DNA of 64,000 bases, taken from NCBI GenBank assembly GCA_964016885.1, contig OZ024743.1, forward strand, positions 176,886,001 to 176,950,000, given 5' to 3'. This document shows, in pieces, positions 36,599 to 51,500 of the stretch; position 1 is the stretch's first letter; every line of letters starts with the position of its first letter. A model generated the notes under the pieces. It did not search any database, had not been told where the DNA came from, and worked only from the letters and a program-made list of their open reading frames with translations. Source of the stretch: Eledone cirrhosa (lineage: Eukaryota). The position numbers and the translations under genes were made by a program.

Positions 36599-39500
36599 AC
36601 ACAGTTCAGATACACCACCTGGACTGTGGTGTTGAATCTGTCACACCCTACCACAGCTGAGATATACCACCTAGACTGGGGTGTTGAGTCTGTCACACCC
36701 TACCACAGCTAAGATATACCACCTGGACTGTGGTGTTGAGTCTGTCACACCCTACCACAGCTGAGATATACCACCTAGACTGGGGTGTAGAGTCTGTCAC
36801 ACCCTACCACAGCTGAGATATACCACCTAGACTGGGTTGTTGAGTCTGTCACTCCCTACCACAGCTGAGATATACCACCTAGACTGGGGTGTAGAGTCTG
36901 TCACACTCTACCACAGCTGAGATATACCACCTAGACTGGGGTGTTGAGTCTGTCACTCTCTACCACAGCTGAGATATACCACCTAGACTGGGGTGTAGAG
37001 TCTGTCACTCTCTACCACAGCTGAGATATACCACCTAGACTGGGGTGTTGAGTCTGTCACTCTCTACCACAGCTGAGATATACCATCTAGACTGGGGTGT
37101 TGAGTCTGTCACTCTCTACCACAGCTGAGATATACCACCTAGACTGGGGTGTTGAGTCTGTCACTTCCTACCACAGCTGAGATATACCACCTAGACTGGG
37201 GTGTTGAGTCTGTCACTCTCTACCACAGCTGAGATATACCACCTAGACTGGGGTGTTTAGTCTGTCACTCCCTACCACAGCTGAGATATACCACCTAGAC
37301 TGGGGTGTAGAGTCTGTCACTCCCTACCACAGCTAAGATATACCACCTAGACCGGGGTGTTGAGTCTGTCACTCCCTACCACAGCTGAGATATACCACCT
37401 AGACTGTGGTGTTGAGTCTGTACCTTTCTACCACAGCTGAGATATACCACCTAGACTGGGGTGTAGAGTCTGTCACTCACTACCACAGCTGAGATATACC
37501 AACTAGACTGGGGTGTTGAGTCTGTCACTTTCTACCACAGCTGAGATATACCACCTAGACTGGGGTGTAGAGTCTGTCACTCTCTACCACAGCTGAGATA
37601 TACCACCTAGACTGGGGTGTTGAGTTTGTCACTCCTTACCACAGCTGAGATATACCACCTAGACTGGGGTGTAGAGTCTATCACTCTCTACCACAGCTGA
37701 GATATACCACCTAGACTGGGGTGTTGAGTCTGTCACTCCCTACCACAGCTGAGATATACCACCTAAACTGGGGTGTTGAGTCTGTCACTTTCTACCACAG
37801 CTGAGATATACCACCTAGACTGGGGTGTTGAATCTGTCACTCCCTACCACAGCTGAGATATACCACCTAGACTGGGGTGTAGAGTCTGTCACTCTCTACC
37901 ACAGCTGAGATATACCACCTAGACTGGGGTGTTTAGTCTGTCACTCTCTACCACAGCTGAGATATACCACCTAGACTGGGGTGTAGAGTCTGTTACTCTC
38001 TACCACAGCTGAGATATACCACCTAGACTGGGGTGTTGAGTCTGTCACTCCCTACCAGAGCTGAGATATACCACCTAGACTGGGGTGTTGAGTTTGTCAC
38101 TCCCTACTTCAGCTGAGATATACCACCTAGACTGGGGTGTTGAGTCTGTCACTCCCTACCACACCTGAGATATACCACCTAGACTGGGGTGTTGAGTCTG
38201 TCACTCCCTACCACAGCTGAGATATACCACCTGGACTGGGGTGTTGAGTCTGTCACTCTCTACCACAGCTGAGATATACCACCTAGACAGCGGTGTAGAG
38301 TCTGTCACTCCCTACCACAACTGAGATATACCACTTAGACTTTGGTGTTGAGTCTGTCACTTACAGCTGAGATATACCACCTTGACTGGGGTGTTGAATC
38401 TGTCACTCCCTACCACAGCTGAGATATACCACCTAGACTGGGATGTAGAGTCTGTCACTCCCTACCACAACTGAGATATACCACCTAGACTGGGGTGTTG
38501 AGTCTGTCACTCTCTACCACAGCTGAGATATACCACCTAGACTGGGGTGTAGAGTCTGTCACTCCCTACCAGTGCTGAGATATACCACCTAGACTGGGGT
38601 GTTCAGTCTGTCACTCCCTACCACAGCTGAGATATACCACCTAGACTGGGGTGTTGAGTCTGTCACTCTCTACCACAGCTGAGATATACCACCTAGACAG
38701 GGGTGTAGAGTCTGTCACTCCCTACCACAACTGAGATATACCACTTAGACTGGGGTGTTGAGTCTGTCACTTACAGCTGAGATATACCACCTAGACTGGG
38801 GTGTAGAGTCTTTCGCTCCCTACCACAGATGAGATATACCACCTAGACTGGGGTGTTGAGTCTGTCACTCCCTACCACAGCTGAGATATACCACCTAGAC
38901 TGGGATGTAGAGTCTGTCACTCCCTACCACAACTGAGATATACCACCTAGACTGGGGTGTTGAGTCTGTCACTCTCTACCACAGCTGAGATATACCACCT
39001 AGACTGGGGTGTTGAGTCTGTCACTCTCTACCACAGCTGAGATATACCACCTGGACTGGGGTGTAGAGTCTGTCACTCCCTACCACAGCTGAGATATACC
39101 ACCTAGACTGGGCTGTAGAGTCTGTCACTCCCTACCACGGCTGAGATATACCACCTAGACTGGGATGTTGAGTCTGTCACTCCCTACCACAGCTGAGATA
39201 TACCACCTAGACTGGGGTGTAGAGTCTGTCACTCCCTACCACAGCTGAGATATACCACCTAGACTGGGATGTAGAGTCTGTCACTCCCTATCACAGCTGA
39301 GATATACCACCTAGACTGGGGTGTTGAGTCTGTCACTCTCTACCACAGCTGAGATATACCACCTAGACTGGGGTGTAGAGTCTGTCACTCCCTACCACAA
39401 CTGAGATATACCACCTAGACTGGGATGTTGAGTCTGTCACTTTCTACCACAGCTGAGATATACCACCTAGACTGGGGTGTTTAGTCTGTCACTCTCTACA

Positions 39501-42500
39501 ACAGCTGAGATATACCACTTATACTGGGGTGGAGAGTCTGTCACTCTCTACCACAGCTGAGATATACCACCTGGACTGGGGTGTAGAGTCTGTCACTCCC
39601 TACCACAGCTGAGATATACCACCTGGACTGGGCTATAGAGTCTGTCACTCCCTACCACAGCTGAGATATACCAACTAGATGGGGTGTTGAGTCTGTCACT
39701 CCCTACCACAGCTGAGATATACCACCTAGACTGGGGTGTAGAGTCTGTCACTCCCTGCCACAGCTGAGATATACCACCTAGACTGGGGTGTTGAGTCTAT
39801 CACTTTCTACCACAGCTGAGATATACCACCTAGACTGGGGTGTAGAGTCTGTCACTCTCTACCACAGCTGAGATATACCACCTAGACTGGGGTGTTGAGT
39901 AGTCACGTTCTACCACAGCTGAGATATACCACCTAGACTGGGGTGTTGAGTCTGTCACTCCCTACCACAGCTGAGATATACCACCTAGACTGGGGTGTTG
40001 AGTCTGTCACTTTCTACCACAGCTGAGATATACCACCTAGACTGGGGTGTAGAGACTGTCACTCTCTACCACAGCTGAGATATACCACCTAGACTGGGGT
40101 GTTGAGTTTGTCACTCCCTACCACAGCTGAGATATACCACCTAGACTGGGGTGTTGAGTCTGTCACTTTCTACCACAGCTGAGATATACCACCTAGATGG
40201 GGTGTTGAGTCTGTCACTCCCTACCACAGCTGAGATATACCACCTAGATGGGGTGTTGAGTCTGTCATTCCCTACCACAGCTGAGATATACCACCTAGAC
40301 TGGGGTGTTGAGTCTGTCACTTTCTACCACAGCTGAGATATACCACCTAGACTGGGGTGTAGAGTCTGTCACTCCCTACCACAGCTAAGATATACCACCT
40401 AGACTGGGGTGTTGAGTCTGTCACTCCCTACCACAGCTGAGATATACCACCTAGACTGGGGTGTAGAGTCTGTCACGCTCTACCACAGCTGAGATATACC
40501 ACCTAGACTGGGGTGTTGAGTCTGTCACTTTCTACCACAGCTGAGATATACCACCTAGACTGGGGTGTTGAGTCTGTCACTCCCTACCACAGCTGAGATA
40601 TACCACCTAGACTGGGGTGTTGAGTCTGTCACTTTCTACCACAGCTGAGATATACCACCTAGACTGGGGTGTAGAGTCTGTCACTCTCTACCACACTGAG
40701 ATATACCACCTAGACTGGGGTGTTGAGTCTGTCACTTTCTACCACAGCTGAGATATACCACCTAGGCTGCGGTGTTGAGTCTGTCACTCCCTGCCACAGC
40801 TGACATATACCACCTAGACTGGGGTGTTGAGTCTGTCACTTTCTACCACAGCTGAGATATACCACCTAGACTGGGGTGTTGAATCTGTCACTCTCTACCA
40901 CAGCTGAGATATACCACCTAGACTGGGGTGTTGAGTCTGTCACTCTCTACCACAGCTGAGATATACCACCTAGACTGGGGTGTAGAGTCTGTCACTCCCT
41001 ACCAGTGCTGAGATATACCACCTAGACTGGGGTGTTGAGTCTGTCACTCCCTACCACAGCTGAGATATACCACCTAGACTGGGGTGTTGAGTCTGTCACT
41101 CCCTACCACAGCTGAGATATACCACCTAGACTGGGGTGTAGAGTCTGTCACTCTCTACCACAGCTGAGATATACCACCTAGACAGGGGTGTAGAGTCTGT
41201 CACTCCCTACCACAACTGAGATATACCACTTAGACTGGAGTGTTGAGTCTGTCACTTACAGCTGAGATATACCACCTAGACTGGGCTGTAGAGTCTGTCA
41301 CTTCCTACCACAGCTGAGACATACCACCTAGACTGGGGTGTTGAGTCTGTCACTTTCTACCACAGCTGAGATATACCACCTAGACTGGGGTGTTTAGTCT
41401 GTCACTCTCTACAACAGCTGAGATATACCACTTAGACTGGGGTGGAGAGTCTGTCACTCCCTATCACAGCTGAGATATACCACCTAGACTGGGGTGTTGA
41501 GTCTGTCACTCTCTACCACAGCTGAGATATACCACCTAGACTCGGGTGTAGAGTCTGTCACTCCCTACCACAACTGAGATATACCACCTAGACTGGGGTG
41601 TTGAGTCTGTCACTTTCTACCACAGCTGAGATATACCACCTAGACTGGGGTGTTTAGTCTGTCACTCTCTACAACAGCTGAGATATACCACTTATACTGG
41701 GGTGGAGAGTCTGTCACTCTCTACCACAGCTGAGATATACCACCTGGACTGGGGTGTAGAGTCTGTCACTCCCTACCACAGCTGAGATATACCACCTGGA
41801 CTGGGCTATAGAGTCTGTCACTCCCCACCACAGCTGAGATATACCAACTAGATGGGGTGTTGAGTCTGTCACTCCCTACCACAGCTGAGATATACCACCT
41901 AGACTGGGGTGTAGAGTCTGTCACTCCCTGCCACAGCTGAGATATACCACCTAGACTGGGGTGTTGAGTCTATCACTTTCTACCACAGCTGAGATATACC
42001 ACCTAGACTGGGGTGTAGAGTCTGTCACTCTCTACCACAGCTGAGATATACCACCTAGACTGGGGTGTTGAGTAGTCACGTTCTACCACAGCTGAGATAT
42101 ACCACCTAGACTGGGGTGTTGAGTCTGTCACTCCCTACCACAGCTGAGATATACCACCTAGACTGGGGTGTTGAGTCTGTCACTTTCTACCACAGCTGAG
42201 ATATACCACCTAGACTGGGGTGTAGAGACTGTCACTCTCTACCACAGCTGAGATATACCACCTAGACTGGGGTGTTGAGTTTGTCACTCCCTACCACAGC
42301 TGAGATATACCACCTAGACTGGGGTGTTTAGTCTGTCACTCTCTACCACAGCTGAGATATACCACCTAGACTGGGGTGTAGAGTCTGTTACTCTCTACCA
42401 CAGCTGAGATATACCACCTAGACTGGGGTGTTGAGTCTGTCACTCCCTACCAGAGCTGAGATATACCACCTAGACTGGGGTGTTGAGTTTGTCACTCCCT

Positions 42501-45500
42501 ACTTCAGCTGAGATATACCACCTAGACTGGGGTGTTGAGTCTGTCACTCCCTACCACACCTGAGATATACCACCTAGACTGGGGTGTTGAGTCTGTCACT
42601 CCCTACCACAGCTGAGATATACCACCTGGACTGGGGTGTTGAGTCTGTCACTCTCTACCACAGCTGAGATATACCACCTAGACAGCGGTGTAGAGTCTGT
42701 CACTCCCTACCACAACTGAGATATACCACTTAGACTTTGGTGTTGAGTCTGTCACTTACAGCTGAGATATACCACCTTGACTGGGGTGTTGAATCTGTCA
42801 CTCCCTACCACAGCTGAGATATACCACCTAGACTGGGATGTAGAGTCTGTCACTCCCTACCACAACTGAGATATACCACCTAGACTGGGGTGTTGAGTCT
42901 GTCACTCTCTACCACAGCTGAGATATACCACCTAGACTGGGGTGTAGAGTCTGTCACTCCCTACCAGTGCTGAGATATACCACCTAGACTGGGGTGTTGA
43001 GTCTGTCACTCCCTACCACAGCTGAGATATACCACCTAGACTGGGGTGTTGAGTCTGTCACTCTCTACCACAGCTGAGATATACCACCTAGACAGGGGTG
43101 TAGAGTCTGTCACTCCCTACCACAACTGAGATATACCACTTAGACTGGGGTGTTGAGTCTGTCACTTACAGCTGAGATATACCACCTAGACTGGGGTGTA
43201 GAGTCTTTCGCTCCCTACCACAGATGAGATATACCACCTAGACTGGGGTGTTGAGTCTGTCACTCCCTACCACAGCTGAGATATACCACCTAGACTGGGA
43301 TGTAGAGTCTGTCACTCCCTACCACAACTGAGATATACCACCTAGACTGGGGTGTTGAGTCTGTCACTCTCTACCACAGCTGAGATATACCACCTAGACT
43401 GGGGTGTTGAGTCTGTCACTCTCTACCACAGCTGAGATATACCACCTGGACTGGGGTGTAGAGTCTGTCACTCCCTACCACAGCTGAGATATACCACCTA
43501 GACTGGGCTGTAGAGTCTGTCACTCCCTACCACGGCTGAGATATACCACCTAGACTGGGATGTTGAGTCTGTCACTCCCTACCACAGCTGAGATATACCA
43601 CCTAGACTGGGGTGTAGAGTCTGTCACTCCCTACCACAGCTGAGATATACCACCTAGACTGGGATGTAGAGTCTGTCACTCCCTATCACAGCTGAGATAT
43701 ACCACCTAGACTGGGGTGTTGAGTCTGTCACTCTCTACCACAGCTGAGATATACCACCTAGACTGGGGTGTAGAGTCTGTCACTCCCTACCACAACTGAG
43801 ATATACCACCTAGACTGGGGTGTTGAGTCTGTCACTTTCTACCACAGCTGAGATATACCACCTAGACTGGGGTGTTTAGTCTGTCACTCTCTACAACAGC
43901 TGAGATATACCACTTATACTGGGGTGGAGAGTCTGTCACTCTCTACCACAGCTGAGATATACCACCTGGACTGGGGTGTAGAGTCTGTCACTCCCTACCA
44001 CAGCTGAGATATACCACCTGGACTGGGCTATAGAGTCTGTCACTCCCTACCACAGCTGAGATATACCAACTAGATGGGGTGTTGAGTCTGTCACTCCCTA
44101 CCACAGCTGAGATATACCACCTAGACTGGGGTGTAGAGTCTGTCACTCCCTGCCACAGCTGAGATATACCACCTAGACTGGGGTGTTGAGTCTATCACTT
44201 TCTACCACAGCTGAGATATACCACCTAGACTGGGGTGTAGAGTCTGTCACTCTCTACCACAGCTGAGATATACCACCTAGACTGGGGTGTTGAGTAGTCA
44301 CGTTCTACCACAGCTGAGATATACCACCTAGACTGGGGTGTTGAGTCTGTCACTCCCTACTACAGCTGAGATATACCACCTAGACTGGGGTGTTGAGTCT
44401 GTCACTTTCTACCACAGCTGAGATATACCACCTAGACTGGGGTGTAGAGACTGTCACTCTCTACCACAGCTGAGATATACCACCTAGACTGGGGTGTTGA
44501 GTTTGTCACTCCCTACCACAGCTGAGATATACCACCTAGACTGGGGTGTTGAGTCTGTCACTTTCTACCACAGCTGAGATATACCACCTAGATGGGGTGT
44601 TGAGTCTGTCACTCCCTACCACAGCTGAGATATACCACCTAGATGGGGTGTTGAGTCTGTCATTCCCTACCACAGCTGAGATATACCACCTAGACTGGGG
44701 TGTTGAGTCTGTCACTTTCTACCACAGCTGAGATATACCACCTAGACTGGGGTGTAGAGTCTGTCACTCCCTACCACAGCTAAGATATACCACCTAGACT
44801 GGGGTGTTGAGTCTGTCACTCCCTACCACAGCTGAGATATACCACCTAGACTGGGGTGTAGAGTCTGTCACTCTCTACCACAGCTGAGATATACCACCTA
44901 GACTGGGGTGTTGAGTCTGTCACTTTCTACCACAACTGAGATATACCACCTAGACTGGGGTGTTGAGTCTGTCACTCCCTACCACAGCTGAGATATACCA
45001 CCTAGACTGGGGTGTTGAGTCTGTCACTTTCTACCACAGCTGAGATATACCACCTAGACTGGGGTGTAGAGTCTGTCACTCTCTACCACACTGAGATATA
45101 CCACCTAGACTGGGGTGTTGAGTCTGTCACTTTCTACCACAGCTGAGATATACCACCTAGGCTGCGGTGTTGAGTCTGTCACTCCCTGCCACAGCTGACA
45201 TATACCACCTAGACTGGGGTGTTGAGTCTGTCACTTTCTACCACAGCTGAGATATACCACCTAGACTGGGGTGTTGAATCTGTCACTCTCTACCACAGCT
45301 GAGATATACCACCTAGACTGGGGTGTTGAGTCTGTCACTCTCTACCACAGCTGAGATATACCACCTAGACTGGGGTGTAGAGTCTGTCACTCCCTACCAG
45401 TGCTGAGATATACCACCTAGACTGGGGTGTTGAGTCTGTCACTCCCTACCACAGCTGAGATATACCACCTAGACTGGGGTGTTGAGTCTGTCACTCCCTA

Positions 45501-48500
45501 CCACAGCTGAGATATACCACCTAGACTGGGGTGTAGAGTCTGTCACTCTCTACCACAGCTGAGATATACCACCTAGACAGGGGTGTAGAGTCTGTCACTC
45601 CCTACCACAACTGAGATATACCACTTAGACTGGAGTGTTGAGTCTGTCACTTACAGCTGAGATATACCACCTAGACTGGGCTGTAGAGTCTGTCACTTCC
45701 TACCACAGCTGAGACATACCACCTAGACTGGGGTGTTGAGTCTGTCACTTTCTACCACAGCTGAGATATACCACCTAGACTGGGGTGTTTAGTCTGTCAC
45801 TCTCTACAACAGCTGAGATATACCACTTAGACTGGGGTGGAGAGTCTGTCACTCCCTATCACAGCTGAGATATACCACCTAGACTGGGGTGTTGAGTCTG
45901 TCACTCTCTACCACAGCTGAGATATACCACCTAGACTGGGGTGTAGAGTCTGTCACTCCCTACCACAACTGAGATATACCACCTAGACTGGGGTGTTGAG
46001 TCTGTCACTTTCTACCACAGCTGAGATATACCACCTAGACTGGGGTGTTTAGTCTGTCACTCTCTACAACAGCTGAGATATACCACTTATACTGGGGTGG
46101 AGAGTCTGTCACTCTCTACCACAGCTGAGATATACCACCTGGACTGGGGTGTAGAGTCTGTCACTCCCTACCACAGCTGAGATATACCACCTGGACTGGG
46201 CTATAGAGTCTGTCACTCCCTACCACAGCTGAGATATACCAACTAGATGGGGTGTTGAGTCTGTCACTCCCTACCACAGCTGAGATATACCACCTAGACT
46301 GGGGTGTAGAGTCTGTCACTCCCTGCCACAGCTGAGATATACCACCTAGACTGGGGTGTTGAGTCTATCACTTTCTACCACAGCTGAGATATACCACCTA
46401 GACTGGGGTGTAGAGTCTGTCACTCTCTACCACAGCTGAGATATACCACCTAGACTGGGGTGTTGAGTAGTCACGTTCTACCACAGCTGAGATATACCAC
46501 CTAGACTGGGGTGTTGAGTCTGTCACTCCCTACTACAGCTGAGATATACCACCTAGACTGGGGTGTTGAGTCTGTCACTTTCTACCACAGCTGAGATATA
46601 CCACCTAGACTGGGGTGTAGAGACTGTCACTCTCTACCACAGCTGAGATATACCACCTAGACTGGGGTGTTGAGTTTGTCACTCCCTACCACAGCTGAGA
46701 TATACCACCTAGACTGGGGTGTTGAGTCTGTCACTTTCTACCACAGCTGAGATATACCACCTAGATGGGGTGTTGAGTCTGTCACTCCCTACCACAGCTG
46801 AGATATACCACCTAGATGGGGTGTTGAGTCTGTCATTCCCTACCACAGCTGAGATATACCACCTAGACTGGGGTGTTGAGTCTGTCACTTTCTACCACAG
46901 CTGAGATATACCACCTAGACTGGGGTGTAGAGTCTGTCACTCCCTACCACAGCTAAGATATACCACCTAGACTGGGGTGTTGAGTCTGTCACTCCCTACC
47001 ACAGCTGAGATATACCACCTAGACTGGGGTGTAGAGTCTGTCACTCTCTACCACAGCTGAGATATACCACCTAGACTGGGGTGTTGAGTCTGTCACTTTC
47101 TACCACAACTGAGATATACCACCTAGACTGGGGTGTTGAGTCTGTCACTCCCTACCACAGCTGAGATATACCACCTAGACTGGGGTGTTGAGTCTGTCAC
47201 TTTCTACCACAGCTGAGATATACCACCTAGACTGGGGTGTAGAGTCTGTCACTCTCTACCACACTGAGATATACCACCTAGACTGGGGTGTTGAGTCTGT
47301 CACTTTCTACCACAGCTGAGATATACCACCTAGGCTGCGGTGTTGAGTCTGTCACTCCCTGCCACAGCTGACATATACCACCTAGACTGGGGTGTTGAGT
47401 CTGTCACTTTCTACCACAGCTGAGATATACCACCTAGACTGGGGTGTTGAATCTGTCACTCTCTACCACAGCTGAGATATACCACCTAGACTGGGGTGTT
47501 GAGTCTGTCACTCTCTACCACAGCTGAGATATACCACCTAAACTGGGGTGTAGAGTCTGTCACTCCCTACCAGTGCTGAGATATACCACCTAGACTGGGG
47601 TGTTGAGTCTGTCACTCCCTACCACAGCTGAGATATACCACCTAGACTGGGGTGTTGAGTCTGTCACTCCCTACCACAGCTGAGATATACCACCTAGACT
47701 GGGGTGTAGAGTCTGTCACTCTCTACCACAGCTGAGATATACCACCTAGACAGGGGTGTAGAGTCTGTCACTCCCTACCACAACTGAGATATACCACTTA
47801 GACTGGAGTGTTGAGTCTGTCACTTACAGCTGAGATATACCACCTAGACTGGGCTGTAGAGTCTGTCACTTCCTACCACAGCTGAGACATACCACCTAGA
47901 CTGGGGTGTTGAGTCTGTCACTTTCTACCACAGCTGAGATATACCACCTAGACTGGGGTGTTTAGTCTGTCACTCTCTACAACAGCTGAGATATACCACT
48001 TAGACTGGGGTGGAGAGTCTGTCACTCCCTATCACAGCTGAGATATACCACCTAGACTGGGGTGTTGAGTCTGTCACTCTCTACCACAGCTGAGATATAC
48101 CACCTAGACTGGGGTGTAGAGTCTGTCACTCCCTACCACAACTGAGATATACCACCTAGACTGGGGTGTTGAGTCTGTCACTTTCTACCACAGCTGAGAT
48201 ATACCACCTAGACTGGGGTGTTTAGTCTGTCACTCTCTACAACAGCTGAGATATACCACTTATACTGGGGTGGAGAGTCTGTCACTCTCTACCACAGCTG
48301 AGATATACCACCTGGACTGGGGTGTAGAGTCTGTCACTCCCTACCACAGCTGAGATATACCACCTGGACTGGGCTATAGAGTCTGTCACTCCCTACCACA
48401 GCTGAGATATACCAACTAGATGGGGTGTTGAGTCTGTCACTCCCTACCACAGCTGAGATATACCACCTAGACTGGGGTGTAGAGTCTGTCACTCCCTGCC

Positions 48501-51500
48501 ACAGCTGAGATATACCACCTAGACTGGGGTGTTGAGTCTATCACTTTCTACCACAGCTGAGATATACCACCTAGACTGGGGTGTAGAGTCTGTCACTCTC
48601 TACCACAGCTGAGATATACCACCTAGACTGGGGTGTTGAGTAGTCACGTTCTACCACAGCTGAGATATACCACCTAGACTGGGGTGTTGAGTCTGTCACT
48701 CCCTACCACAGCTGAGATATACCACCTAGACTGGGGTGTTGAGTCTGTCACTTTCTACCACAGCTGAGATATACCACCTAGACTGGGGTGTAGAGACTGT
48801 CACTCTCTACCACAGCTGAGATATACCACCTAGACTGGGGTGTTGAGTTTGTCACTCCCTACCACAGCTGAGATATACCACCTAGACTGGGGTGTTGAGT
48901 CTGTCACTTTCTACCACAGCTGAGATATACCACCTAGATGGGGTGTTGAGTCTGTCACTCCCTACCACAGCTGAGATATACCACCTAGATGGGGTGTTGA
49001 GTCTGTCATTCCCTACCACAGCTGAGATATACCACCTAGACTGGGGTGTTGAGTCTGTCACTTTCTACCACAGCTGAGATATACCACCTAGACTGGGGTG
49101 TAGAGTCTGTCACTCCCTACCACAGCTAAGATATACCACCTAGACTGGGGTGTTGAGTCTGTCACTCCCTACCACAGCTGAGATATACCACCTAGACTGG
49201 GGTGTAGAGTCTGTCACTCTCTACCACAGCTGATATATACCACCTAGACTGGGGTGTTGAGTCTGTCACTTTCTACCACAGCTGAGATATACCACCTAGA
49301 CTGGGGTGTTGAGTCTGTCACTCCCTACCACAGCTGAGATATACCACCTAGACTGGGGTGTTGAGTCTGTCACTTTCTACCACAGCTGAGATATACCACC
49401 TAGACTGGGGTGTAGAGTCTGTCACTCTCTACCACACTGAGATATACCACCTAGACTGGGGTGTTGAGTCTGTCACTTTCTACTACAGCTGAGATATACC
49501 ACCTAGGCTGCGGTGTTGAGTCTGTCACTCCCTGCCACAGCTGACATATACCACCTAGACTGGGGTGTTGAGTCTGTCACTTTCTACCACAGCTGAGATA
49601 TACCACCTAGACTGGGGTGTTGAATCTGTCACTCTCTACCACAGCTGAGATATACCACCTAGACTGGGGTGTTGAGTCTGTCACTCTCTACCACAGCTGA
49701 GATATACCACCTAGACTGGGGTGTAGAGTCTGTCACTCCCTACCAGTGCTGAGATATACCACCTAGACTGGGGTGTTGAGTCTGTCACTCCCTACCACAG
49801 CTGAGATATACCACCTAGACTGGGGTGTTGAGTCTGTCACTCTCTACCACAGCTGAGATATACCACCTAGACAGGGGTGTAGAGTCTGTCACTCCCTACC
49901 ACAACTGAGATATACCACTTAGACTGGAGTGTTGAGTCTGTCACTTACAGCTGAGATATACCACCTAGACTGGGCTGTAGAGTCTGTCACTTCCTACCAC
50001 AGCTGAGACATACCACCTTGACTGGGGTGTTGAGTCTGTCACTTTCTACCACAGCTGAGATATACCACCTAGACTGGGGTGTTTAGTCTGTCACTCTCTA
50101 CAACAGCTGAGATATACCACTTAGACTGGGGTGGAGAGTCTGTCACTCTCTACCACAGCTGAGATATACCACCTGGACTGGGGTGTAGAGTCTGTCACTC
50201 CCTACCACAGCTGAGATATACCACCTAGACTGGGCTGTAGAGTCTGTCACTCCCTACCACAGCTGAGATATACCACCTAGATGGGGTGTTGAGTCTGTCA
50301 CTCCCTACCACAGCTGAGATATACCACCTAGACTGGGGTGTAGAGTCTGTCACTCCCTGCCACAGCTGAGATATACCACCTAGACTGGGGTGTTGAGTCT
50401 ATCACTTTCTACCACAGCTGAGATATACCACCTGGACTGGGGTGTAGAGTCTGTCACTCCCTACCACAGCTGAGATATACCACCCAGACTGGGCTGTAGA
50501 GTCTGTCACTCCCTACCACAGCTGAGATATACCACCTAGATGGGGTGTTGAGTCTGTCACTCCCTACCACAGCTGAGATATACCACCTAGACTGGGGTGT
50601 AGAGTCTGTCACTCACTACCACAGCTGAGATAGACCAACTAGACTGGGGTGTTGAGTCTGTCACTTTCTACCACAGCTGAGATATACCACCTAGACTGGG
50701 GTGTAGAGTCTGTCACTCTCTACCACAGCTGAGATATACCACCTAGACTGGGGTGTTTAGTCTGTCACTCTCTACCACAGCTGAGATATACCACCTAGAC
50801 TGGGGTGGAGAGTCTGTTACTCTCTACCACAGCTGAGATATACCACCTAGACTGGGGTGTTGAGTCTGTCACTCCCTACCAGAGCTGAGATATACCACCT
50901 AGACTGGGGTGTTGAGTTTGTCACTCCCTACTTCAGCTGAGATATACCACCTAGACTGGGGTGTTGAGTCTGTCACTCCCTACCACACCTGAGATATACC
51001 ACCTAGACTGGGGTGTTGAGTCTGTCACTCCCTACCACAGCTGAGATATACCACCTGGACTGGGGTGTTGAGTCTGTCACTCTCTACCACAGCTGAGATA
51101 TACCACCTAGACAGGGGTGTAGAGTTTGTCACTCCCTACCACAACTGAGATATACCACTTAGACTTTGGTGTTGAGTCTGTCACTTACAGCTGAGATATA
51201 CCACCTTGACTGGGGTGTTGAATCTGTCACTCCCTACCACAGCTGAGATATACCACCTAGACTGGGATGTAGAGTCTGTCACTCCCTACCACAACTGAGA
51301 TATACCACCTAGACTGGGGTGTTGAGTCTGTCACTCTCTACCACAGCTGAGATATACCACCTAGACTGGGGTGTTGAGTCTGTCACTCTCTACCTCAGCT
51401 GAGATATGCCACCTGGACTGGGGTGTAGAGTCTGTCACTCCCTACCACAGCTGAGATATACCACCTAGACTGGGCTGTAGAGTCTGTCACTCCCTACCAC

